Of a stretch of 64,000 bases of DNA, positions 48,113 through 55,648 are shown one piece after another; positions within the stretch are counted from its first letter, which is position 1, and each line of letters starts with the position of its first letter. A program made the position numbers and the translations under genes. Under the pieces are notes generated by a model. It had not been told where the DNA came from. It saw nothing but the letters and a program-made list of their open reading frames with translations, and did no database searches. Source of the stretch: Acutalibacteraceae bacterium (GTDB lineage: Bacteria; Bacillota; Clostridia; Christensenellales; CAG-138); the NCBI GenBank assembly GCA_963640685.1, contig CAVIAA010000001.1, positions 2,395-66,394 on the forward strand, given 5' to 3'.

Positions 48113-48640
48113 TTACTTTATGTTGGCAACATAATCGAGGACAACGTTTACGCCGTCAACGATAGCGCCGGAGCTCACGGAGGCACCGCTTACGGAGTCG
48201 ATGTTGTCCTTGAGCTTGAGGGGGGCAGTCTTTCCTTTGAACTGCTCGGTAAAGGCGGGCTCCTTGGTCTTAGCACCGAGGCCTGCAGTTTCGGAGAAGT
48301 TCGCGCCGCCTACATTTATGCCGGTTATTACGCCATCTGCGTCTACACCGACGACGACCTCGATCTCTCCGCCGTAGCCCTTAACGGTGACCTGAGCGGT
48401 ATAGCCCACGGTTTCCCCGTTTGCGGTTCCCTTATAGCAGTAGTCGATAGCGTCGTTGTCGACAGCCATCTCTTCAAATTCGGTCGCAGTGGGGAGAACG
48501 GCGCGGCGAGCCTCGTCCGCAGCGGCAAGTGTCTGTTCCTTGATTACGGGAGCAGTAACTTCGTTCGTGAGCCCCAGCGCACAGCCGGCGATGAGTGCTA
48601 TAAGTCCGAGTACTATCCAAGCGGGCCACTTCTTATCCAT
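48113..48640 (-). CDS. FMN-binding domain lipoprotein (RnfG/NqrC-like), predicted ApbE substrate
   Basis: Lipobox LIAGC. Flavinylation-type motif DSVSGASVSS near the C-terminus. Confidence 0.8.
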   Translation of the reverse strand: MDKKWPAWIVLGLIALIAGCALGLTNEVTAPVIKEQTLAAADEARRAVLPTATEFEEMAVDNDAIDYCYKGTANGETVGYTAQVTVKGYGGEIEVVVGVDADGVITGINVGGANFSETAGLGAKTKEPAFTEQFKGKTAPLKLKDNIDSVSGASVSSGAIVDGVNVVLDYVANIK

Positions 48641-48834
48641 GACTAGAAAACCTCCTAAAGAAAAAGAGAATTAAGTTTATAAACCTCTGAAATTCAGCGT
48701 TTTCATTATAGCACAGCCGGCGGTGACTTTCCAGTAGAAATAATAGATATTATTTTCACGCACTTTCCGCCTGTGAAAACAGAAAAATGCCGTGCCTGCT
48801 GGAAAAAATAGCTCTGTAAAACGTGGAGCAACGG

Positions 48835-48843
48835 TGTTATAAT
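48835..48843 (+). promoter_or_regulatory. Extended -10 promoter element (TGTTATAAT) placed for a leaderless apbE mRNA
   Basis: TGT-TATAAT ends at 48843, and the ATG at 48850 follows after 6 nt. This geometry matches 25445..25459. Confidence 0.45.
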
Positions 48844-48849
48844 CATGGA

Positions 48850-49839
48850 ATGAAGAAATGTAAGGTAAAAATGTATGGACTCTTAGCGGCCGCATTTGCG
48901 CTGTGCATGAGCGGGTGCAGTGCCGCGCCGGCGTATAATTCTGCCGTTGGGTTCTATCTCGATACTGTGGTCACGGTCTCCGGCTATGCCGACGAGGCGG
49001 TGCTGCGCTCTGCCGTGGATAAGTGCGGCGAATACGAGGCGCTGCTCAGCAGGACGGTTGAGGGCAGCGATGTATGGCGCATAAACCACGCAAACGGCCA
49101 GCCGGTCGAGGTATCCGACGAGACGGCGGAGCTGCTTGAAACGGCGCTTGAGGTATGCGAAAAGAGCAGCGGCGCGCTGGATATAACCATTGCACCGTGC
49201 AGCAGCCTCTGGGACTTTAAGGCGGAATCGCCTGCGCTGCCGGATGAGAAGGCGATAGCGAAGGCGGCGAAGCTCGTTGACTACACAAAGCTGAAGCTCG
49301 ACGGTAATACCGTAACGCTCCCTGACGGCATGGGCATCGATCTCGGTGCGGTCGCAAAGGGTTACATTGCGGATAAGATAGTCGAATACCTGCGCACAGA
49401 GGGGGTAAAGAGCGCTATCGTGAACCTCGGCGGAAATGTTGCCCTGGTCGGCGGCAAGCCGGATGGCAGCGCATGGACGATAGGCATACAGGACCCAAAC
49501 AGGGAGGACGGGACGTCGGCATACAGCATAAGCGGGCAAGACGAAAGCATAGTTACGAGCGGCGTTTACCAGCGCGGCTTTGATTTGGGCGGCATAAGGT
49601 ATCACCACATACTGGACGCCGAAACGGGGTACCCGGTACAAAACGGTTTGTCCTCGGTAACGATAATAACCGAAAGCTCGGCAATTGCTGATGCAATGTC
49701 CACGGCCTGCTTCGTTATGGGGCTGCGGGAAGGGCTGAGCTTTGCCCAAAGCATGGGCGTTGATGCGGTATTTATAGACGCGGAGGGAAATATGCACTGT
49801 ACGCCCGCCATTGAGGGCAGGCTGGAAAGGGCAGAGTAA
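48850..49839 (+). CDS. apbE: FAD:protein FMN transferase ApbE (lipoprotein)
   Basis: Signal and lipobox MKKCKVKMYGLLAAAFALCMSGC. ApbE motifs DITIAP, GIDLGAVAKGY and HHILD. An alternative start is the ATG at 48871. Confidence 0.85.
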   Translation: MKKCKVKMYGLLAAAFALCMSGCSAAPAYNSAVGFYLDTVVTVSGYADEAVLRSAVDKCGEYEALLSRTVEGSDVWRINHANGQPVEVSDETAELLETALEVCEKSSGALDITIAPCSSLWDFKAESPALPDEKAIAKAAKLVDYTKLKLDGNTVTLPDGMGIDLGAVAKGYIADKIVEYLRTEGVKSAIVNLGGNVALVGGKPDGSAWTIGIQDPNREDGTSAYSISGQDESIVTSGVYQRGFDLGGIRYHHILDAETGYPVQNGLSSVTIITESSAIADAMSTACFVMGLREGLSFAQSMGVDAVFIDAEGNMHCTPAIEGRLERAE

Positions 49840-49840
49840 C

Positions 49841-51232
49841 ATGGATAACAAAAAGCTGGAAAAAAACGAAATGGACATGACCACAGGCCCCTTGTTCGGC
49901 AAGCTTGTGGCCTATGCCGTGCCGGTCATGCTGACCGGCATACTGCAGCTGCTCTTTAACGCGGCGGATCTTATAGTCGTTGGCCGCTATGCCGGCAGCA
50001 CGGCTCTCGCCGCGGTTGGCTCAACTACCCAGCTTACCAACCTTATCGTGAATGTATTCATGATGATATCCGTAGGCGTGAGCGTCGTCGTGGCGCAGCA
50101 CTACGGCGCGCATGAGCCTGTTGAGGTTGGGCAAACGGTATCCGCCGCAATGCTCATGAGCCTTATGTTGGGTGTCCTGGTTTGCGCAATAGGCATTACG
50201 GTGAGCAGACCCATGCTGGAGCTTATGGGGTCGCCGGAGGACGTAATAGATCAGTCTGCGCTGTATTTGAAGATATATTTTACGAGCATGCCTGCCTTTA
50301 TGGTCTACAACTTCGGCGCCTCGGCGCTCAGGGCTGTCGGCGACACGAGGCGGCCGATGATGTTCTTAAGCATTGCCGGCGTAATAAATATCATACTGAA
50401 CCTCGTTACGGTGATATGCTTTAACATGGGCGTTGCAGGTGTTGCAATAGCGACCTCGGTTTCTCAGTATATCTCTGCTGCGTGCGTTGTGCTCAGCCTG
50501 ATAAGGACGGAAAGCTGCCTGCACCTTGACATTGGGCATATGGCGCTGCATAAGGATAAGGTGCTGGCGATACTCAAGGTCGGCCTTCCTGCAGGGCTGC
50601 AGAGCTTTGTGTTTTCAATTTCAAACGTGCTCATACAGTCCTCGGTAAATTCCTTCGGCTCGGTGGTCATGGCGGGCAGCGCGGCCTCGGCAAATATAGA
50701 GGGGTTTATATACATATCCATGAGTGCCGTCGTTCAGGCCGCAATGGCGTTCACCGGCCAGAATATAGGTGCGCGAAGGTTTGAGAGGATAGGCGAGGTC
50801 GTAAGAAAGAGCATACTGCTGCAAATAGTCGTGTCAGGCATATTGGCCGTGGTGTGCTGCACATTTTCGGAGCAGCTTATAAGCATATACGCCAAGGAGG
50901 ACGCAGGTGTGATAGCTTCCGGCGTATCGAGGCTCAGGATAATCAGCAGCCTGTATTTTATAATGGGCATATCGGATATAGCGGTCGGCGCGATGCGCGG
51001 AATGGGCAATTCAACAGTGCCGATGATAATAAGCGTGCTCGGCATATGCGTATTGAGGATAGTATGGCTGTATACAGTGTTTAAAGCCGTAAGGACGTTT
51101 GAAATGCTTATAATAAGCTATCCCGTTTCCTGGCTGATAACCCTGATAATGCAGTATATATGCTACGGCATAGTAAAGCGCAGAACGATAGAGCGGCTGA
51201 AGACGGAGCCCGGGTGCGCCGTAGGAGATTAG
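49841..51232 (+). CDS. MATE family efflux transporter
   Basis: Twelve-TM protein with the TGPLFGKLVAYAVPVMLTGILQLLFNAADLIVVGR N-terminus typical of MATE/NorM. The ATG lies 1 nt after the apbE stop. Confidence 0.85.
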   Translation: MDNKKLEKNEMDMTTGPLFGKLVAYAVPVMLTGILQLLFNAADLIVVGRYAGSTALAAVGSTTQLTNLIVNVFMMISVGVSVVVAQHYGAHEPVEVGQTVSAAMLMSLMLGVLVCAIGITVSRPMLELMGSPEDVIDQSALYLKIYFTSMPAFMVYNFGASALRAVGDTRRPMMFLSIAGVINIILNLVTVICFNMGVAGVAIATSVSQYISAACVVLSLIRTESCLHLDIGHMALHKDKVLAILKVGLPAGLQSFVFSISNVLIQSSVNSFGSVVMAGSAASANIEGFIYISMSAVVQAAMAFTGQNIGARRFERIGEVVRKSILLQIVVSGILAVVCCTFSEQLISIYAKEDAGVIASGVSRLRIISSLYFIMGISDIAVGAMRGMGNSTVPMIISVLGICVLRIVWLYTVFKAVRTFEMLIISYPVSWLITLIMQYICYGIVKRRTIERLKTEPGCAVGD

Positions 51233-51996
51233 AAAAACAGCTGCGAAATCACCTTTATGAAGAGCAGTATGATCACTGCCGCCATTATCGGGCGGATAAA
51301 CCTTGCGCCGTTTTTTACGGCGAGGCTGCTGCCAACGTAGTTGCCGAGCATTGCACAGAGGGCGCAGGGTATGCCTACGGCGAACCACACCTTGCCTGCG
51401 AGCACGAAGGTCACAAGTGCGCCTATATTGGAGGCAAGGTTGACCACCTTTGCGTTGCCGCTGGCGGTGATGAGGTCATAGCCCATCAGCGAGCAGAAAA
51501 GCATTATATAAAACGTTCCGGAGCCCGGGCCGAAAAAACCATCGTACAGGCCGACACAGAGACCTATCAGCAGCGCGTATGCGGCGAATTTAAGCGGTGT
51601 GAGGCTCTTTTCCTGTCCCTCTGCCCCAAAGCCTCTGTTGAGGCTCAAAAACACCGCAGCAGCGGGCAACAGTACCATCAGCACCATATTGAGGTACCTT
51701 TCGCTCAGCAGTAGCGCGAGCCTTGCGCCAAAGGCGGAGCCTATCAGCGCACCTGCGGCTGCCGTCAGCGCCGCTTTCCATTTTATCGCGCCGCTCCTGC
51801 CGTATTTTACAACGCTTGTTGCGGTGCCAATGCTCATTGCGAATTTATTCGTTCCATATACCGTGTGTATGGGTATGCCGGCAAGCATGGCAACAGGCAG
51901 GGAAATCAGCCCGCCGCCGCCGGCTACGGCGTCGGTAAACCCGGCAAGAAAATACCCCGGACATACTATGAGCAGCTTTTGCAGAATATCGGTCAA
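51229..51996 (-). CDS. TauE/SafE (TSUP) family anion permease
   Basis: FTDAVAGGGGLISLP and the second-half repeat GFFGPGSGTF. I prefer the TTG at 51996, 9 nt after AGGAGG. Confidence 0.8.
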   Translation of the reverse strand: MTDILQKLLIVCPGYFLAGFTDAVAGGGGLISLPVAMLAGIPIHTVYGTNKFAMSIGTATSVVKYGRSGAIKWKAALTAAAGALIGSAFGARLALLLSERYLNMVLMVLLPAAAVFLSLNRGFGAEGQEKSLTPLKFAAYALLIGLCVGLYDGFFGPGSGTFYIMLFCSLMGYDLITASGNAKVVNLASNIGALVTFVLAGKVWFAVGIPCALCAMLGNYVGSSLAVKNGARFIRPIMAAVIILLFIKVISQLFF

Positions 51997-52091
51997 TCTA
52001 AGTTCCCTCCTTTGTGCGCTGTATATATGGATTATAACACGAACAGGAGGATTAAATACAGCCATACCGGTAAATAAGATGTGATACCCTT

Positions 52092-52979
52092 TTACAGCGG
52101 CGGATATGTGCCGAGCTCGCTTATTATGCGCTGAGAATACTCTATAAACGTGCGGGCAGCAAGCGAGGCATTCTGGAGCGATTTTACGATTATGCCCATA
52201 TGACGGTATTCGCAGGGCGAAAGCTCTTTTTTAATGACGTTTGCTTCAAGGCTGTCCAGCACCATCTCAGGCATGACCGTCACGCCCAGGCCGTGCTGTA
52301 TCATTGCGATTATTCCCCTGTTTTCCATGGTTGAGAAGGAAAGGCGGGGGGTTATTCCGCTGCCCTTTACGACCTCGGAAACGTCGTAGTCAAAGCCCTC
52401 GTATGAGAGTATGAACGGGTCCTCTGCAAGCTCGCTGAGGCTCACGCTTTCGCTGTTCACGAGCCGGTGCCCGGGGGGAAGCAGTGCAAGCATCCTGTCC
52501 GAGGCCAGGTGTATCCATTCATAGCTTGGCGGCGGGTTGCTCATTATTGCAAAGTCGATGACGGATTCGTCGAGCTGATTCAAGAGCGAATCGTTGCCGC
52601 CAACGATTATCTCTATTTGTATGCCGGGATAATCCCGACTAAATTCTTCGATTATTTTGGGCAGCCACAGCACCGAGGCACTGGCAAAGGTGCCGATGCG
52701 GAGCTTGCCGAAGCTCATGCCGCGTATATTTGCAACTATCTGGTCGAGGTGGTCGTTTGCGTTGAGTATTTCGCGCACGGCAGGCAGCAGCGCCTTTCCG
52801 TTTTCCGTCAGCCGAACGCCGCCCTTGCCGCGAATGAGCACCGGAAAGCCGAATTCATCCTCGATAGTCCGTATCAGGTGGCTTACGCCGGACTGGGTGA
52901 AGCCGAGCTGGTTGCCAGCGGCGGTAAGGCTCTGCGTTTCTATTACCTTTAGAAGCACCTCTAATTTTTTGATATCCAC
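52092..52979 (-). CDS. LysR family transcriptional regulator
   Basis: HTH LEVLLKVIETQSLTAAGNQLGFTQSGVSHLIRTIE. The GTG at 52979 lies 8 nt after AAGGAGG. Confidence 0.85.
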   Translation of the reverse strand: MDIKKLEVLLKVIETQSLTAAGNQLGFTQSGVSHLIRTIEDEFGFPVLIRGKGGVRLTENGKALLPAVREILNANDHLDQIVANIRGMSFGKLRIGTFASASVLWLPKIIEEFSRDYPGIQIEIIVGGNDSLLNQLDESVIDFAIMSNPPPSYEWIHLASDRMLALLPPGHRLVNSESVSLSELAEDPFILSYEGFDYDVSEVVKGSGITPRLSFSTMENRGIIAMIQHGLGVTVMPEMVLDSLEANVIKKELSPCEYRHMGIIVKSLQNASLAARTFIEYSQRIISELGTYPPL

Positions 52980-53076
52980 TATACACGCCTCCTTAACATG
53001 AGAAATGTTCATGAAGGTTCAATAAAACATTCATTTTACTTATGTTGTTTTTTATATTATAATAACAACAAGAAAA

Positions 53077-53095
53077 ATACAAGCTAAATTTGTAT
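53077..53095. promoter_or_regulatory. LysR-type box candidate (ATAC-N11-GTAT palindrome)
   Basis: ATACAAGCTAAATTTGTAT is a perfect 6-bp inverted repeat (ATACAA/TTGTAT). It lies in the divergent LysR/selD intergenic region. Confidence 0.45.
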
Positions 53096-53301
53096 TTGCA
53101 CGAAGAAGCAAGTGCCATTTAATGTTTCCCCCACAATGCTTGACAAAGCACCAGTTATCCCCGACTGCAACAAAAGGCTCCCGAATTTAAGGGGCTTTTT
53201 ATTGTTTTTGGGAAGACTTGGGTTTGTGATAATTATATCTGTTGGAAAGAGCGGAATTGGTGTATAATGGCGTTAGAACAGGAAAGGAACCGTGATTTGC
53301 A

Positions 53302-54342
53302 ATGAACAACGACGTTCGCCTGACCTCGATGACATCCTGCGGCGGCTGAGCTGCCAAAATAGGTCCGGGAGTGCTGGACGCAATGCTTTCGACTCTGCCG
53401 AAAAATTCCGACCCGAGGCTCATAGTGGGCTTTGACACGGCGGATGACGCGGCAGTATATAAAATAAACGACGACACGGCGATAATTCAAACCGTGGATT
53501 TTTTTCCGCCGATGGTGGACGACCCGTATACCTTCGGTCAGGTCGCGGCGGCCAATGCGCTCAGCGACATATATGCGATGGGCGGCGAGCCAAAGCTGGC
53601 GCTTAACCTCTTCTGCTTCCCCTCAAAAAAGCTGCCGGAGGAGGCCATAAAGGCCATCCTTGCAGGCGGGGCGGATAAGGTGCTTGAGGCGGGGGCGATA
53701 CTCTGCGGCGGGCACACTATCGAGGATCCGGAGCCGAAGTACGGCCTTGCCGTTACCGGCTTTGTGAACCCGGGCAGGGTGCTTTCGAATGCATCTGCAA
53801 GGGAGGGCGACCTGCTGATACTTACAAAGCCCATCGGCAGCGGCATACTGACGACCGCGGCAAAGGCGCAGCTTCTCTTTGGTGAGCAGGAAAAGCAACT
53901 GATAGCCACTATGACGGCGCTAAACGCAAAGGCGCAGCGCTCAATGATGAAATTCGATATCAACTCCTGCACCGACATAACCGGCTTCGGTCTTATGGGG
54001 CATGTGCGCGAAATGGCGGAGGGCAGCGGGCTCACGGCCGAGATAACGGCGGACGCGGTGCCGATGCTGGATGGTGCGCTGAGCTTCGCAAATATGGGCA
54101 TAATACCCGCCGGCGCGTACCGCAACAGGGAATTTATCGGGGAAAAGGTCAGCATACGGGAGGACGTGGACAGAGCCGTTGCCGATATACTCTTTGACCC
54201 GCAGACCTCCGGAGGGCTGCTCATTAGCCTGCCGGAAAAGCAGGCATACGCCCTTTTGGAGGATATACGGAGCCATACGCCTGCCGCCGCCATAATCGGC
54301 CGAATGAAGGCCAAGGGATGGTATGCGATAGAGGTAATATAA
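53302..54342 (+). CDS. selD: Selenide, water dikinase SelD, Sec-containing form (UGA 53347..53349)
   Basis: MNNDVRLTSMTSCGG-U-AAKIGPGVLDAML continues in frame into track ORF 53371..54342. The GxG[C/U]xxK active-site loop and the AIR-synthase-like body are present. Confidence 0.88.
53363..53379 (+). promoter_or_regulatory. SECIS-like hairpin downstream of the selD UGA
   Basis: GUCCGG-GAGUG-CUGGAC: a 6-bp stem (one G-U pair) starting 13 nt after the UGA, with a 5-nt loop. Confidence 0.55.
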
Positions 54343-54369
54343 AAAACACCGAACGGAGGAGAATGTCTT

Positions 54370-55167
54370 ATGAAGCTGGCGATAAGCGCGCCAAGGGGAA
54401 AAATGGGCAGGCTTGTAACGAGAGAGGCGCTCAAGCGCCCCGATGAGTTTGAAATCGTGGGCGGCATAGGCCCAAAGGGAAGGGATTACATCGGCAGGGA
54501 CATGGGCGAAGCCGCAAAGACGGATGTCGTTGGGGCAAATACCTATGACGACGTTGAAAGAGTAGTTGCAATGAGCGACGGCGTTGTCGATTTTTCCACG
54601 ACCGAATGTGCAATGGAGGTTGCCCGCGCCTGCGTAAAGTACAAAAAGCCGCTTATGATGGGCACGACCGGCTTTACGGAGGAGCAGATGGCCGAGCTTG
54701 AGGAATGTGCAAAGATAATACCGATACTCATTGCGCACAACACCTCAAAGGCGGTAAACCTTGTTTATGAGATCGCCAGAATGCTTACAGAGGCAATAGG
54801 CAGCGAATCCGATATAGAAATAATCGAAATGCACGACAGCAAAAAGCTGGATGCGCCGAGCGGCACCTCAAAGGAGCTTGGCGAGATAATCGCCGGCGTT
54901 CGCGGCGAGAGCCTTGCAGATGTTGCGGATTACGGCAGGAAGGGCAAGGGGCTTCGCCAAAAGGATCATATAGGCTACCATTCCGTGAGGGCGGGCAACA
55001 TTGCAAGCTCGCATACCCTGATGTTTGGAATGGAGGGCGAGCGCATAGAGATAACCCACCACGCATACGACTACGGGACATTTGCAAAGGGCGCGCTGGA
55101 CGGCATACTTTTCCTTCAGGGAAAAGAGCCGCGCGTATATGCGTATAAAGAGGTTCTCGGGCTTTGA
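54370..55167 (+). CDS. dapB: 4-hydroxy-tetrahydrodipicolinate reductase
   Basis: EIIEMHDSKKLDAPSGTS signature. A GGAGGAG RBS lies 27 nt after the selD stop. Confidence 0.92.
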   Translation: MKLAISAPRGKMGRLVTREALKRPDEFEIVGGIGPKGRDYIGRDMGEAAKTDVVGANTYDDVERVVAMSDGVVDFSTTECAMEVARACVKYKKPLMMGTTGFTEEQMAELEECAKIIPILIAHNTSKAVNLVYEIARMLTEAIGSESDIEIIEMHDSKKLDAPSGTSKELGEIIAGVRGESLADVADYGRKGKGLRQKDHIGYHSVRAGNIASSHTLMFGMEGERIEITHHAYDYGTFAKGALDGILFLQGKEPRVYAYKEVLGL

Positions 55168-55182
55168 TTGAATCATGAACAC

Positions 55183-55211
55183 GCCGGACGGAACGCCGCC
55201 CGGCTTTTTTT
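55183..55211 (+). terminator. Intrinsic terminator after dapB
   Basis: GCCGG-12 nt-CCGGC followed by TTTTTTT. Confidence 0.55.
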
Positions 55212-55223
55212 ATTTACACGCCT

Positions 55224-55490
55224 TTATACGCTCGCGCTGGTTTTATTATCCTTGAGCAGGATATACGGCGGAACATTGAGCACGCGGGCTATGTTGAAAA
55301 GCAGCTCAATGGAAAAAGGACGCGCCATGTTCGGCGCTTCTATAAAGCTGATATGCGTTCGGCTTACGCCGGCACGCTCTGCAAGCTGCGCCTGCGTAAG
55401 CCCCGCCATTCGCCTGTAATGTGCTATGTTCATGCCTATCATATAATAATAATCCACGTTTTCAAACGCTATTTTCATTGAGTGAGACAT
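55224..55490 (-). CDS. XRE-family helix-turn-helix regulator
   Basis: IAHYRRMAGLTQAQLAERAGVSRTHISFIE is an HTH_3 motif. Confidence 0.78.
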   Translation of the reverse strand: MSHSMKIAFENVDYYYMIGMNIAHYRRMAGLTQAQLAERAGVSRTHISFIEAPNMARPFSIELLFNIARVLNVPPYILLKDNKTSASV

Positions 55491-55583
55491 CACATACCTC
55501 CGTCTTGTCAGAATTTTAATCTAATTCTTCTATTTTCTTTTTGGAGTATCGTCAACACGTTGAGGCAAATTAACAGATTGCCA

Positions 55584-55612
55584 TTGCAAACTAACGGTTA
55601 GCGTGATAAAAT
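55584..55612 (+). promoter_or_regulatory. Promoter of the vWA gene with an embedded palindrome
   Basis: TTGCAA, 17-nt spacer, TGA-TAAAAT. The spacer contains CTAAC-G-GTTAG (55591..55601). Confidence 0.55.
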
Positions 55613-55648
55613 ATGCAACTATGAAGATTCGGAGGTGGACAGAAAATC

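Noticed and set aside
48883-49902. 339-aa minus-strand ORF.
   Set aside because: It is antisense to apbE, which has clear motifs and a lipoprotein signal.
53371-54342. The track start (M at 53371) for selD.
   Set aside because: That start would delete the catalytic glycine-rich loop. The upstream in-frame sequence MNNDVRLTSMTSCGG-TGA-AAKIGPG is clearly SelD-like and has an RBS-like AGGAAAGGAA upstream.
53538-54738. Minus-strand ORFs 53538..54467 and 53941..54738.
   Set aside because: They are antisense to selD and dapB.
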